From Cyanidioschyzon merolae (taxonomy: Eukaryota): a stretch of 64,000 bases of DNA. Both the position numbers and the translations under genes were made by a program. Shown piece by piece: positions 9,903 to 22,019 of the stretch; position 1 is the first letter of the stretch; each line of letters begins with the position of its first letter. The stretch lies in assembly GCA_000091205.1 (NCBI GenBank), contig AP006490.2. One strand, 5' to 3'. The notes below the pieces were generated by a model that saw nothing but the letters and a program-made list of their open reading frames with translations, searched no databases and was not told the DNA's origin.

Positions 9903-12713
9903 TTAGATGCGAAAGATCAAGTTTGAGCGGTACATGATAAGGCCCATTGCTTCCAGTGCCTGGAGGGCGCGCTCCACCTGTTCTCTTTCGATGGTTGGAT
10001 CTGCGAGCTGTTCAACGAGCTGATCGAATGAGGTGGACTCGCTCCGCTCCGCTGATGTAATGGCTTCAATAGCTTGCTGGACGCGCTCGAGCAGAGCGTC
10101 ATCGACGAGCGGTACGGTCATAGCGTCCGCCTGTTGGTTGGGCGGGGTCACTCGCTCCCCGGTCACGCGCAGGGCAGCTAAGTTTTCGGTAACTGGTCTT
10201 GTCTCCGGGCCGCTGGATATGCCGCCTGCCTGCGGCGACAAAGTCGAATGTGCTGCAATGTCACTCGCCTGGGGCGTTACACTGCTGCCGAGCGCTGCAC
10301 CTGATCGAACGCGTCGGCGAATGCGCTGCTGCGACGCTCTCGACGAACGTGACGCTGCTTGCCGCCGTCCAGGGCTGTAGGATGGCTCGTCGCTCGCGGA
10401 TGCATTGGATGCGGCCTCGGACTCATCGCCATCATCACCGTCGCCATTATTGTCATCGTCGTCATCGAAAGCGAACGGATCCAAACGGCGACTCGCTGGC
10501 GCGGTTCGACGTCGCGTACCAGAGCGTTGCGGCAATGGCGCTGCAGCCGATGCCGACACCGGACTCGTATTCGCGTCAGGTGAGCGCACGGGGGCAGCTC
10601 TGGCGACGTCGTGTTCGCGGTCGATTTGAGTCTCATGGTAAAGGGCGAAATTCAGCAGATCAAAAGCAGCACGCGCATCAGTGATGTCCACTGTCAGGCT
10701 GAGACGCAACTTGGCGTGCGCAGTTGCGAGGCGAATCATTGTCTCCAGCTGCCGAGCGGTAATGGGTAGCGTGCGAGCGTCATCTTTGGCTCGCAAGTCA
10801 CGGTATCGCGACGCAATGTACGCCGCTGCCTCTTCAGTAAGCTGCGGACTCAGCTCACGTGCGTAGTGGATGTATTTCTGTAAGAACGGCACGGAGAGGA
10901 TGCGATGCGCGGCAGCACCCTGGATAGCTTCGTTGGCCTGGTGCGATACGAACAATGGTGCCGTCATGGGATCATCGCTTGCCCTAGCAGCACCAGCGGC
11001 AGCAGCAGCATCCGATTCGAAGCCCTGATCGTCTGTTGACTCCACGGTGGTCGCTTCCGCTGGGGGCGCGTTATTTTCAGGCGTCGCTCGCTCGTCGAGT
11101 GGCGTGTCCACGTCTGCGCCGGCGTATCCCGCCAGTTCCGCGCGACCTGCCCTGTCGGGGTTCCGATACTGATGGACGCGCAGCACATGCCTTGCAATGA
11201 GCTCGTCTCTTTCGCGGGAGATAGTGTCAAGAACGATGAACACCAAATCGAAACGCGAGAGCAACGAATCGGGCAGGGCAATGTTTTCTGCGGGTTTGCG
11301 GCGTCGATCATAGGATCCGTAGATCGGATTCGCCGCGGCAAGTACGGAACAGCGAGCATTCAAAGTAGTATGGATGCCGGCCTTGGCGATCGTTACCGTC
11401 TGCTGCTCCATAACTTCATGGATTGCAACTCGGTCCGCATCGCTCATCTTGTCGAACTCGTCGATGCAGACGACACCCCGATCAGCGAGTACCATTGCGC
11501 CGGCCTCGAGATGGCGCTCCCCCGTGTCTGGGTCTGTGGTGACGGCAGCGGTGAGACCGACCCCCGAGGAGCCCCGGCCGGTAGTGGATATGGCGGACGG
11601 GGCCACGTGAAGTACGAAGCGCAGCATTTGTGACTTGGCTGTGGACGGGTCTCCCACGAGCAGGATATTGATGTCGCCACGGAGGTGGGTGCCATTGCTG
11701 AGGTTCTTTTCAGCGCCCCCTACGAGCTGCAGTAGTACCGCTTTCTTAATGAAATAGTGGCCACAAATGGATGGAGCAATCGATGCAGTCAGCAACTCGA
11801 TACCACCCGGCGTGGAGGCTACCTCACGAATGTTCGCAAGGTCGCGTTCAGAAAACTTGAGGCGATGCTGTGTGTCGCTCAACGGAATACAATGATTGGC
11901 CACGATCTTGGTCGCAAAGTACGTCGTCGTCTTGCCTCCCAGAGCGCGATATGTGCCGATAATACGGACGCGCATGCCGGGTTTGCAAACATCGACCAAA
12001 TCTGCTTCAAAAACAATGTCAACGGTGCGCGGCAACTGGCCCGGTGGTGTACGTTCGGGCATCTCTTGCAGGGTCGCCGTCTGAAAGTCGCGGTATGCCG
12101 ATAACCCGAATTCCGTTTCCATGGGGTTGCCGTCTTCGTCACGGGTGGGATAGATGGCTGCCCCGAGCCCTCGGTTCTGGGCGACATCCAGCGAGATACC
12201 ATCGCGGTAGACGCGGTGAACTATTTCGTTCTTCGCGGGGATGAAGTGCACAGACTCTACGACTTTGGGTCGAACAGCAGACACGCGAGTAATTATACCG
12301 TCAACGCATACCATCGAGTTCAGCATCGAGGCACGCAGTGAGCGCGGCGTCGCGTGCAGCGCCCCGAAAGCACCCTCGAACCCAACATGGAGGCGCTGAC
12401 GTTCCCGCCCAGCAGCACCAGCAGCCGCGAGTGCTGTATTCCACTGCGCGATATAGTCTGTAAGGACTTCCTCAAATATTGGTAGAAATCGTAGCGGATT
12501 TTCAAACAGAAGCTTTGCTATTGTGGGTTCCTCGCGACGTAGGAGGTCCAGTGAGACGATAAGGCGTCGCTGACGTCCCCGTCGCAGCGCCTCAAGTTGT
12601 TGCTGTAGAGGTTCCCACACAGGAGCCTCTGACTCGAACAAGTCCCTGATCTTGGAACGAAAGTCTTGATCCTGATCAGGGGCAGTAAACAGTGATTGAA
12701 AAGCCGTCTCCAT
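9903..12713 (-). CDS. MCM3: DNA replication licensing factor MCM3 (MCM2-7 family AAA+ helicase subunit); ORF also open to an upstream ATG at 12887
   Basis: Walker A GDPSTAKSQMLRF; Walker B/arginine-finger region CIDEFDKMSDADRVAIHEVMEQQTVTIAKAGIHTTLNARCSVLAAANP; MCM3-type ENIALPDSLLSRFDLVFIVLD...HVLRVHQYR. N-terminus METAFQSLF...RRLIVSLDLLRR resembles the MCM3 start. Extended acidic/Ser-rich C-terminal tail. Confidence 0.88.
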   Translation of the reverse strand: METAFQSLFTAPDQDQDFRSKIRDLFESEAPVWEPLQQQLEALRRGRQRRLIVSLDLLRREEPTIAKLLFENPLRFLPIFEEVLTDYIAQWNTALAAAGAAGRERQRLHVGFEGAFGALHATPRSLRASMLNSMVCVDGIITRVSAVRPKVVESVHFIPAKNEIVHRVYRDGISLDVAQNRGLGAAIYPTRDEDGNPMETEFGLSAYRDFQTATLQEMPERTPPGQLPRTVDIVFEADLVDVCKPGMRVRIIGTYRALGGKTTTYFATKIVANHCIPLSDTQHRLKFSERDLANIREVASTPGGIELLTASIAPSICGHYFIKKAVLLQLVGGAEKNLSNGTHLRGDINILLVGDPSTAKSQMLRFVLHVAPSAISTTGRGSSGVGLTAAVTTDPDTGERHLEAGAMVLADRGVVCIDEFDKMSDADRVAIHEVMEQQTVTIAKAGIHTTLNARCSVLAAANPIYGSYDRRRKPAENIALPDSLLSRFDLVFIVLDTISRERDELIARHVLRVHQYRNPDRAGRAELAGYAGADVDTPLDERATPENNAPPAEATTVESTDDQGFESDAAAAAGAARASDDPMTAPLFVSHQANEAIQGAAAHRILSVPFLQKYIHYARELSPQLTEEAAAYIASRYRDLRAKDDARTLPITARQLETMIRLATAHAKLRLSLTVDITDARAAFDLLNFALYHETQIDREHDVARAAPVRSPDANTSPVSASAAAPLPQRSGTRRRTAPASRRLDPFAFDDDDDNNGDGDDGDESEAASNASASDEPSYSPGRRQAASRSSRASQQRIRRRVRSGAALGSSVTPQASDIAAHSTLSPQAGGISSGPETRPVTENLAALRVTGERVTPPNQQADAMTVPLVDDALLERVQQAIEAITSAERSESTSFDQLVEQLADPTIEREQVERALQALEAMGLIMYRSNLIFRI

Positions 12714-14291
12714 GGTACCTAAACGCGAAGCAGCAGCGAAAAGCGCACGCTGTTGTTCAGTGGGTCGATGCGCACGCAGCCTGCGTGCACGCATGGGTGC
12801 ATCGCAGCGATTTCCCGCGCTCGCGCGTCCACGGGTACCTGCTTGCATTCCGCGCGAAAATCGCATCGTGCCTTTCGATTTTGCCACAGGTGCGATTTCC
12901 CTTCGTTCGACAGAGCGTTGACACTGGATCAGGCCTCTCCGATAGCGTGCTTGCTATCAGCGATCAAGCGCGAATGGAGCGATGCGCTGCCTGTTCGGGC
13001 GCTGACGAGTCATGCGCTTGTCGCGGGCGTCTCCAAGCTTCGTTCACGGATCCGTCACAGATGGTGTCTTAGGGCAGCGCGTAGCTGCCTCTAGAACGCT
13101 GTCCTCGACGTGTGCACTCCTGGAATGTGCGTATAACCACAACTCGAGCAGCGCGACGGGCGCATCCTGCTTGGATCTTGTTTAGACCCGCAGGGTCAGG
13201 CATCCGCACGGAACGATCGAGCATCCTGCAGATACGTTCCATCGATGCCATGCGCAGCTGCACACGACTTCTCTTCATTGACAAAACGTTTCCATAGGCC
13301 AGCGTTCTCCGATTATGCGCATTTTTCTTTTCTTTCTCTTTTGTTTTTTTTTTCAGTGCGAGGTGGAGTATCCATCAAACCCCCGATTTCCATGTTACAT
13401 TACCTATATATCATCTCGGATATTTTGGTCGTTTCGTACGTCCTATGGTGTGCCGCACCCGCCGAAAGCGACAACAATGGCGCCTATAGCGCCGGTGCGG
13501 TCGCCGTATGGAGACAGAACGGCGTTAGCAGCACACGATGCGGGCGTGCAGGCGATGCGCTCGCGGTGACATGCACGATCATCGGGACGCCTTTACACAC
13601 CGGTGTGCTTTGATTTGCTCTCCTCCAGTCGTGCACATCTGTGTACATAGAGCGGCTGCTGCCTCGGGAAAAACGCCCATATAGGGTCTAACATGAGCGT
13701 TTGTGGTGTGGGATGCGAGCGTTCGCTCGGGGAGCGCGTGCGTCGCGTCACCCGATGTGGTAGATGCATACGCTGCGAGCACGACACCTGAACAACTCTG
13801 CCAGCGGTGCGCTTTACGCATCACAAAGTCACTTTAACCATTGCGGTCTCAGTGAATGGGCCCTAAAAGCATAACAGAGTCTTGGTTGGTGCGTCGGAAG
13901 CACGCTTTCCAGGTATTGTCACATGCGTAAAGATCAAAGAATGGGGCACTGAACCGCTCACCCTCTTCCTGTCTCTCTCCTTTCTTCGGACTTTTCGTAG
14001 ATGTACCTACTCGACATGACAAGTGTATCAGCAAGGACTTTTGGATGCATACGTTCTGTTCCGAGCTTCGGTCGTCGATTTGGATCGTCCGCTGCCACGT
14101 ACGGCTCCTGGAGTTTGTCACATTATCGGGATCGAGATGATACGCGACGCCGTCGTACAACGGTTCGTAAAATAACCGATATCATTACATAATGCAGACG
14201 TACAAGGCTTCGTGCTTCTCCTTTCGTTACGTGATGCACGCTCAAATCATGTACGCATCAAGCTTTCGATCTTTCTCTTTGAAGGCACGCT

Positions 14292-15224
14292 GTGGGGACA
14301 CAACTTCTCGCTGGTGGATTGACGAGTGGAAAGACTCAACGTGTTTCCGTGGCGACTTGTTCAGAAGCTCGTGCCGCACTTTTACTCGAACTGTCAAGCC
14401 AGATCATCGATTCCGTTCGAAAGACGAGTCCTCCACTCTGTGTGGCCATCCGCCACACTGGACTCGACACTAGCATCATACCCCCAGGGGAAAGATTCAC
14501 ATATGCCCTCACCTTCTCTTTTTGGATAGAAGACCGTGTTGCGTTCGAGATTCATTCACCGCAGCGATCGCTTTCATCGGAAAGGTCGTCATCGGTTTGC
14601 ACGAGTGAAACAGATATACACTGGAATTTCTCGACTTGTTCTGCAGCGAAGTCCTTGGGCGGAGAAATCTGCATGGTATCCCTGAGCCATGGCACCGCTC
14701 ACCACCACCGGCACCTCAAGGCTTCGATGACGCGCAGGCGAATGTGCCACGACTCGGCCAACATCCTGGAAGGCCGGAAAGAGTTCTTCATGGGCGGCGC
14801 TTCGTCGAAGCCTATGGGCTTGGATGATAGCCTTATGGCAATTAGGCTCCATCAAATACTACGCAAAGTTCCAGATGCAGATATGAGAATGGAGCTGCTT
14901 CCGCTTCTACGTTCCCCGCTTACGAAAGCGAGGACCCTGTCGCATCTGGAATGCTGTTCCAGAGCCCCGAACGGAAGCGTGTTTCCCCATTTCCTAATGC
15001 TCTTTTCGGTCGCTCGTAACAGCACGTCTTTATGGGGATGTTCTCGCTTCCTTATGGAGCTGGACGCCCGCGCACAAGCGCCGCAGCTGCGTCCCATGGA
15101 GAATCAGGGCATCGACGAACCAGAAAGGCTGATCACAGTTATGGACTTCACGAAGTGGTCGATGCATCTTTCGCCAGAACATGCAAAATTACTCATGAAC
15201 CATAGGTTGAACAAAAAAGGATAA
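14292..15224 (+). CDS. hypothetical protein; internal ATG at 14790 would give an MGGASSKP N-terminus (candidate N-myristoylation site)
   Basis: ORF only; no recognisable domain. Gene status uncertain. Confidence 0.2.
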   Translation: MGTQLLAGGLTSGKTQRVSVATCSEARAALLLELSSQIIDSVRKTSPPLCVAIRHTGLDTSIIPPGERFTYALTFSFWIEDRVAFEIHSPQRSLSSERSSSVCTSETDIHWNFSTCSAAKSLGGEICMVSLSHGTAHHHRHLKASMTRRRMCHDSANILEGRKEFFMGGASSKPMGLDDSLMAIRLHQILRKVPDADMRMELLPLLRSPLTKARTLSHLECCSRAPNGSVFPHFLMLFSVARNSTSLWGCSRFLMELDARAQAPQLRPMENQGIDEPERLITVMDFTKWSMHLSPEHAKLLMNHRLNKKG

Positions 15225-15654
15225 AGCGGTCCAAGGAAGATGCCGAGCTGAAGAAAACATGCAGGAAAGTGTGGCTCTCTTGACGACGAGGATACGCATT
15301 GCTCTCCCAGAGAACGAGACACCAGAGGTAGAGGAAACGGAATCAAACTGAGCAAAAGGCCGCAAAAGCTGTTGTTCATAACAGCGGCAAGGAACCCAAA
15401 CGTTACACTGCACGATCAAGTTAGAGGATCCGTCCCATGTACCTGTAACCAGTGTCCAGAATATACATCTACGATATCCACGCGTACTGACAAGAACGCA
15501 GTGCATACCGGGCCCCGGTTCCGATCAAGCCAAGTGGCCAGCGCTTCCCCCGGCATCGCGTTCATCATCGACCGGAATCTTTCGTTTTCTTCGCCAAGGT
15601 TCAGCGCTGGGCTTCGTCTCTCTTTCGAGAACGTCGACACTGGTCTGCCGAGTC

Positions 15655-16407
15655 ATGGAAGCACAAGTCAGACTCTTACAGCTGAAAGAGCAGCGCTTGC
15701 GTCTGTATCGAGTTTTCGCGACGGAGCCTTATGCAGAGAGCGTTCGAAAACGCTCGGCTGCCCGTGTGTGGCAAGATCCCGGTTTGCAACTTCGGCTCGC
15801 TCGGAGCGTCGCCCAAGGGTGGCTCGCCGCTCCAGACTGCAGTTGTGAGCGTTGTATGGCTATTTTTGAAAACGAACAAGATGCAAAGCAGCGACTTGCC
15901 CGTCAAGGTAGCACGGCCCTGGACAGACTAGACGTCCGACGCGTACGCAAGGCACTTGTTCACGAGCTCGCCTATTGCCCGTTGCTTGCGAACTCGTGGC
16001 GTCGTGAAGGAGCGCCTACCTGGAGCCTCGAGCAGCGCGAAACGCTTTGTCGAGGACCTGACAAGCGCGCGCGCGAGTCCGCCAGTACGAGGCGGAACGA
16101 GAGCACGAGCGCGGGGGACACGAGATCACCCAGTTTGTCTGGAAGCGAAAGCACGACGTCGATGGCCGTGGATGCAGAGATCGAGGACGGAGGCCAAGAG
16201 CAATTTCCTGGGAGAGAACCTCCATGGGCAGTGCAGCTCATGGAGCTCCAGCAGGTATGGGAGGTGGCGACGACGCCGGTGCCGCTGCACGAAGCTTTCG
16301 CCGCGGCTACTCCATCCCGCGACACCCTCCACGTGCCTGATTCCGATGCCGATGACTCTGAGGATCACCAAAATCCTGTCAACCAGGATGAATCTCCGAG
16401 CCGATAG
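15655..16407 (+). CDS. hypothetical protein, 250 aa, acidic/Ser-rich C-terminus
   Basis: ORF only; no family recognised. Confidence 0.2.
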   Translation: MEAQVRLLQLKEQRLRLYRVFATEPYAESVRKRSAARVWQDPGLQLRLARSVAQGWLAAPDCSCERCMAIFENEQDAKQRLARQGSTALDRLDVRRVRKALVHELAYCPLLANSWRREGAPTWSLEQRETLCRGPDKRARESASTRRNESTSAGDTRSPSLSGSESTTSMAVDAEIEDGGQEQFPGREPPWAVQLMELQQVWEVATTPVPLHEAFAAATPSRDTLHVPDSDADDSEDHQNPVNQDESPSR

Positions 16408-16968
16408 CCCTCACGCGGGCGCGTAATCGCGAAAGACACAACGTCGGCGACTAGATAAAGATGTGCACGACGATGTTCTGCGTACAGTGTTGCTCAGGTG
16501 ACGTTCTGCGTTGCACGAGCACCACCTCGAAAGCGGCAGCTTCCATTCGCGAGAATATCGATGAAGCCGATGCGGGATGCATTTCTGCGGCTCCCTCTGA
16601 CGAGTCCCAGGATCTGTTGGACTCTTTGCACAGCCCGTAACTCATTGCGTAAAACATCCTTGAGTGCCGAAGACGTTCTTCACGATGTGTTTGCGCTCCT
16701 CGCACAAGGACGCTACAACTGGTTCCTCTCTGCCAGATGATCTGCATGAGGCATGCCGAGCGATGTTCATAGCGTCTGTGTCAGACTGCTCAGATCCAGA
16801 CCGGGCGTTTCTTGCCATCGCTGCATCCTTCTCGTTGACGAATGGGATACGTTATCTGAGCAGCGCGATCTTCCATGGTAATCGGGACACCTCCGTGAAC
16901 GGTGCTTTCTCTGCAAGCGTTGATTACGGTCAAACTTTATTTTTATGCATAACGAATCTGTTGCTCAC

Positions 16969-17220
16969 CTAGTCTGGAGAAAAATTATCTATGGGATCCG
17001 CGTACGCATTCCAGCAGGCAGCATCTGGGGTCCCCGCTCCCGAAGCAGGCACCAGTTCGGTCACAAAACTTGGTATAGCGGCGTCGTGCTTTCTGACGGC
17101 TTCGCGCCTCTCAGAAACCTGTCCCGACGATGCCTTCGCCCAAGCGGTTTCCGCAGCGCGTCCATGCCGAAGAAGCGCTCCAGCGTTCTCAGCGTTCATG
17201 TCGCTGGTTGGGGTCCTGAT

Positions 17221-17254
<34 letters not shown>

Positions 17255-19212
17255 CGAGCATCCCAGCTATGGCCCAAGCGATCGCAGCTGCCACTGCCAC
17301 TGCTGGTGTTGTTGCTGTTGTTCCGGAATAGCTGCTGGTGCCCTGTTGCCGATGACGTACCATGCTCGAGGCACACAAGCCGTCTTTGACGATTCAGATT
17401 GAACCTGTTGCGATTCCTGTCATCACTGGACAAGGATACGCTTTCATGAAGATCCGGCAATCGGGCTCCCGCGCCGAGCTCACCATCAGCATCAGAATCA
17501 GAGTCGCTGCACAGGCTGGATGCATTCGTCTCAGACCAGCTGGTATCGGATTCGAAAGAAGCGCTGTCGAAGGTACTCGAGCAAGCGCCTTCTGCGCTCG
17601 AGTCTGTCATCTGTGCAAATGCGGCATCAAACAGCTCATCTTCGTTGTATGTAGGACGCTGTCGCCTTCCTGTCCGGGCGCTACGATGCGGCATCTCTGT
17701 CGCCGACGTCGTTATCGCTGCCTCCTGGTCCAAGCACGACTCCCGGGCAGCCTGTTTCGAGATGCGCACTTCTCGTCGCACCGCAGCCAAATAGCCATGC
17801 TCGAGCTCAGCAATGACCGAATCCTGGATGCAACTCCACAACCGGCGATTGCGAGAGGACATGGCATCGCCACCGAGCTCCTGGAAGAGACGCTCCATGG
17901 CCTGCACTCTGTCTGCATAATCCCGAACAACGACCTCTATCTGAGGAGGTACGCTGCATTGTGCTGCGGCGCCGCCGTCCAGACGCTCCCCGGTCAGAGA
18001 AGCGCTACCATTCGAATGTGCCTCAGAGACACCGCCGCCATAACGGAGGCGATATATTCGGAAGCAGCCGCACGCCGCAGCCGCTCTCAGGCCTCCGGGA
18101 ACCCAGTAGCGCCAACCGTAATCGTCTTCACCAAAAGCATCAATCCGAGTGGCACCATCCCCACGTCGATACACCTGGTCACAGGAAGGCGCTTTCACTG
18201 ACTTGGAATCGTCCATCGCTGCTTCCCAATCGCTCACAGAGGGTTTTCTGGTGGAATCGAACCCAGTTCGTAATGCTTTCGCTTTCGAGATGCAGCCATC
18301 CGTTCGTGAGCGGCCTGCCGCTGCGGTAGTTGATCGACGAGTGTGAAACGGCGCTTGTCGCTGCTCCTGTTGTTTTCGGGCTCGTCGATGTCGCCTTGTG
18401 GGCTGTCCAAGGCGCTGGCTGCATTCCTGCTCCTGTTTCGCCATTTCCCAGATCACGCGGCGCAGACTCTCGTTCGTTTCCGAGACAACCTCACATAGCG
18501 CTAAGAGAATGACCACACGCATCCGCGGGTGGAGCATTTCATACCGACATCGATCGAGGATGGACGCTCCGTCCTGATCATAAAGGCTGCAACCCGGGTC
18601 GCTGCCAGCAGCTGGCCCGCTCAGGTCGTAGAGTTCAGGCCGCGTACGTAGTTCCGCTGCGAGCAATTCTATCCACCCGTCTTTCCCGTAGGCATGTATT
18701 GCGTCGACCTTGCGCACATGCAGGCAGTTGAGCAACCCGGCATGTACGCGCGAGAGCAGTAGCTCTTGGCTTGTTCCTTCCTGGTGCGAGGTCGCAGTCG
18801 ACGACTGAGCAGTTGTGCTTGCGTGAGCGTCATCAGCTGGGGGTCGTTCGCGCAAGCCGTGAACGATGTCCGCTTCCAAGCGCCCCGGATCGATCTGGGG
18901 CACAAGCGCATCTGTGGGCTTTTTCGGTCGTCCTGCTCGAAAGTACGTCCGGATTTCCTCATTGATGAAGCCTTGAAGAGCAACGAGAAACTGCAGCACG
19001 CTCACGAACTCCGGCATACAGCGTACCTGCGCCACAGCCTTTTCCTTATCCTCGTGATCGGCGAGAATTCTATTATCCGAGGTGTAGTCATATACGACAC
19101 CGTTCACACAGTCCACAGAGGAACACGCGACAGCTTCTGGTGCAGCACAGTGCCCGTTCATGAGATCGCACCGGCCGTCTGTGGCTGTGGAGCCGGTACC
19201 GCACCACCACAC
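16969..19212 (-). CDS. chromatin-associated protein with DDT/WHIM-like motifs (BAZ/WSTF-like N-terminal module) and a long low-complexity tail containing a poly-Asp tract
   Basis: 747-aa intact ORF. Segments GWIELLAAELRTRPELYDLSG...YEMLHPRMRVVILLALCEVVSETNESLRRVI resemble DDT/WHIM1 helices. D12 tract encoded by (GAT)n on this strand. Family assignment is tentative. Confidence 0.4.
17221..17254. repeat. (ATC/GAT)n trinucleotide repeat inside the CDS, encoding poly-aspartate on the minus strand
   Basis: atcatcatcatc... x11; ORF translation ...ARDDDDDDDDDDDDIRT... Confidence 0.95.
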
Positions 19213-19689
19213 TGCAGTCGGTTCAACGTCCAGCTCTTTCGGAAAGCTAGGCCCCGCTAAAGCAAGCCTGAAGCGTCACCGGAGGCACTGCGTCCTTGCG
19301 CACACCCTCTACCTCTGTTTTCAAGCTGCCTGTGCAGGCACAACTCGGAACGAGTCTCCGTTCGCGCCAAAGCGTCCTCCTGTAGCCACCTGCAATGATT
19401 GTGAGGCGCGCGTGTGTGCCAACCGGAGCGCTGGGCAGAAGCATATGCGCTCGACGTCACTGGCGCTATCCTCGATGATGCATTGCCTGGTTCAGTAGCC
19501 GTCCTAGTCTGATGCTGTCGCAGTCCCAACTGGACCAATTGAGCACCATGCAAGGCGGGGAGGCTGGTCCGTTTGCCAGCGTAACTCGGCGCTGGTCGTT
19601 GGCACTCGTTTATCTGGACGCCTAGCTGGCAGGCACGGGTAGGGTACTCGAGTGCCGAGTATCCATGCGATGCATTTCCACGGGGCAGT

Positions 19690-20035
19690 GCAACTCGCAT
19701 ATATATGTTTGGCAATGCCGAATGACAGAATCTGATTATTGTATACGAGGTGTGCATGAGCATCGTTTTCATATTTGGCAATGCCGAATGACAGAATCTG
19801 ATTATTGTTCACGAGGTGTCCATGAGCATCGTTTTCATATTTGGCAATGCCGAATGACAGAATCTGATTATTGTTCACCAGGTGTGCATGAGCATCGTTT
19901 TCATATTTGGCAATGCCGAATGACAGAATCTGATTATTGTTCACGAGGTGTGCATGAGCATCGTTTTCATATTTGGCAATGCCGAATGACAGAATCTGAT
20001 TATTGTTCACCAGTTATCCTTGAGAATCGTTTTCG
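19690..20035. repeat. 66-bp tandem minisatellite, ~5 copies, 90-100% identical
   Basis: Unit catcgttttcatatttggcaatgccgaatgacagaatctgattattgttcacgaggtgtgcatgag recurs with period 66 (anchor atcgttttca at 19761, 19827, 19893, 19959). Both-strand ORFs here are repeat translations. Confidence 0.95.
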
Positions 20036-22019
20036 GTGCACATAAACGGCGCTCCGGCCTTGATGGGATGTTCATTGCACCATACCGATGTCTTGTACCA
20101 GGCGGGATTCCAGTGCCATCTGTCCTGGCTGATGCGCTTTGCGCACCAAAAGTTTTCCGCGTTCCAGCAAAGTGCTCAGACTGAACACGAAACGATTCTT
20201 TCGAACTTTCTCTCGACAGAAAGCCGTTGGATACTCAGGAAGCATGAGAAATTTCCGGATGTTGATCTAAGCGTTCAAGTCTCGGTACAGGATGTTCTTG
20301 CACGTTATGTTGCCGGTGGAATCACACCATAGCACGCCCAACGGATTCGATGGCCTTGCCGTTCGACGTACGAGCATCTTACCGAACGCCTCTGCTTCAG
20401 ACGCTTCTTCTCGACCTGTTTCAGCGTGCACCCGGGTTCGGGATGCGCTGATGTCGTTCTCTACGCATCGATAGGAATCGTACAGAATCGATACCTGCAC
20501 ACATTGGACGCTCTCTTCGACGGAGCATGACCTGGGAATTCGCGCACTTCAACATGACAAGTGCCACAGGCTGCGAGCTTACCGTGCGACTGATCAGTTA
20601 TATCCCTGGCCAACCCAATGAGAAGAGGTTTGCGATTCCTTGCTCCTTTCCTGCGTACAATCGAGTCCTTTTGCGACTCGATCGCGGTCTCATGGATGAT
20701 TGCCGCGGATCGTCCACAGAGGCCATTTGAACGTTGATGCACGGTACGAGCAAGGAGTACAAAATTAAATTCTGCGTGATATGGATCCTGCCAACGCCAT
20801 TCCATCGGGTCGTATGATCCATTATATCCCTGATGCCGGACGCATGATAATGTCGAGACCTGAAAGAATCAGGCTGCAATTCATGAGGTGTTCCTAGCAT
20901 TAGCACTGGTACAAAGGTATGATCGAATCGCTCGGCTGGAATTGGACGCATTGAAGACCTTCCATGGAATCCTCTACGGAAACTTTCGTGAAGAAATGCT
21001 TCAAGGCGAGATAAGCTAGGTATTCCATCATGACGTCCAAATTAATATTTTGAAAGATTTTCCCCGTTGGTGACTTTTAGAACGGAGGTACCGACAACGG
21101 GTCCACACTGATCTTCCTCCTCCGACAGATTTCCATGCTGTTTCTCTGCGTCCTCTTTCCGGGAGGGTCTTTCACGTTTTTGTCCGTTTTCCCGATTTCT
21201 CGTTTACCTCGCTTGGTAGCATAGACGTGGTCGCTGTATCCCATCTCCGTGCTTTCCATTGAATTCAGACGCACCGGATGGGCGACGGAACTGAAACTTG
21301 CCTCTCATGTTCATGTACCTGGTGTTGCTCAGGTGCCTTTTCGTCACCCTTACCATGGCGTACACGCGCTTGGACCGAATCGGGCATGGCCTCCCTGTCC
21401 CGCATCCGAGCACAGTACCAACAGAGCAGCTCAGTGCTGGTGAAGCTACAAAATGGATTGTCGAAGTCTTTTTGGGCCGCGGATGCGAACGACTCGTCCA
21501 TGCATGCGTGAGCGTGAAAGTTGCGTTTTACGATACAGAAGACGCATTCGACGCATTGTGCTGATACCGATGAGCGTTGCCACGAGCGACCGACTCGGCA
21601 GCTTGCCGCCGCCCTAGCTCCCAATGTCTCGTTTCCGAGGTACTCTTTCGAACGCTGACGCGAGCCTACGCCAGCAAGATGCGCACATTTCAGGTCGATC
21701 TGGATGGAACCTGGGTTGCCACGCTCGCGCTTCCTCCATCCCGACATTCCCCATGTATCAACAAGACAAAAAAGGTTGCGCTGTACACCGCTCATCGATC
21801 ATGTACTGGACGCCGTCGAGCTGGTGCGCACCAGACTAGCCATCATACGCACTACACAGAAACGTCATACGCGTGCACAAGCTTTGAGCATGATCTGCTC
21901 CGCTGCTGCCGGGACCTGCCCCGGATCCAGCGCTAGTCTAGTAGCAGCTGCATTTGCGCCACGCTGTGTGCCAATGATGTGCTAGGTGCACCGCTCGAGA
22001 TCACGCAAACACTCTAAAA

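Noticed and set aside
12714-12887. Upstream extension of the MCM3 ORF (58 extra residues, MAKSKGTMRFSRGMQAG...)
   Set aside because: The extension is Arg/Ala-rich and non-conserved, whereas the Met at 12713 begins the conserved MCM3 N-terminus. The downstream Met was chosen as the start, and the alternative is noted in the feature.
19690-20035. CRISPR array
   Set aside because: The repeats are directly adjacent with no unique spacers, and the sequence context is eukaryotic.
19504-20045. ORFs 19504-20010 (-) and 19665-20045 (+) as repeat-containing proteins
   Set aside because: Both are translations of the 66-bp minisatellite on opposite strands, with no start or flank context. They are an artefact of the repeat unit being a multiple of three.
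20461-20951. Possible cyclophilin-like pseudogene fragments in ORFs 20461-20805 and 20598-20951 (-)
   Set aside because: Only vague resemblance (I[RK]D[IF]M..., ...NG..G) to PPIase motifs. It is not convincing without alignment tools.
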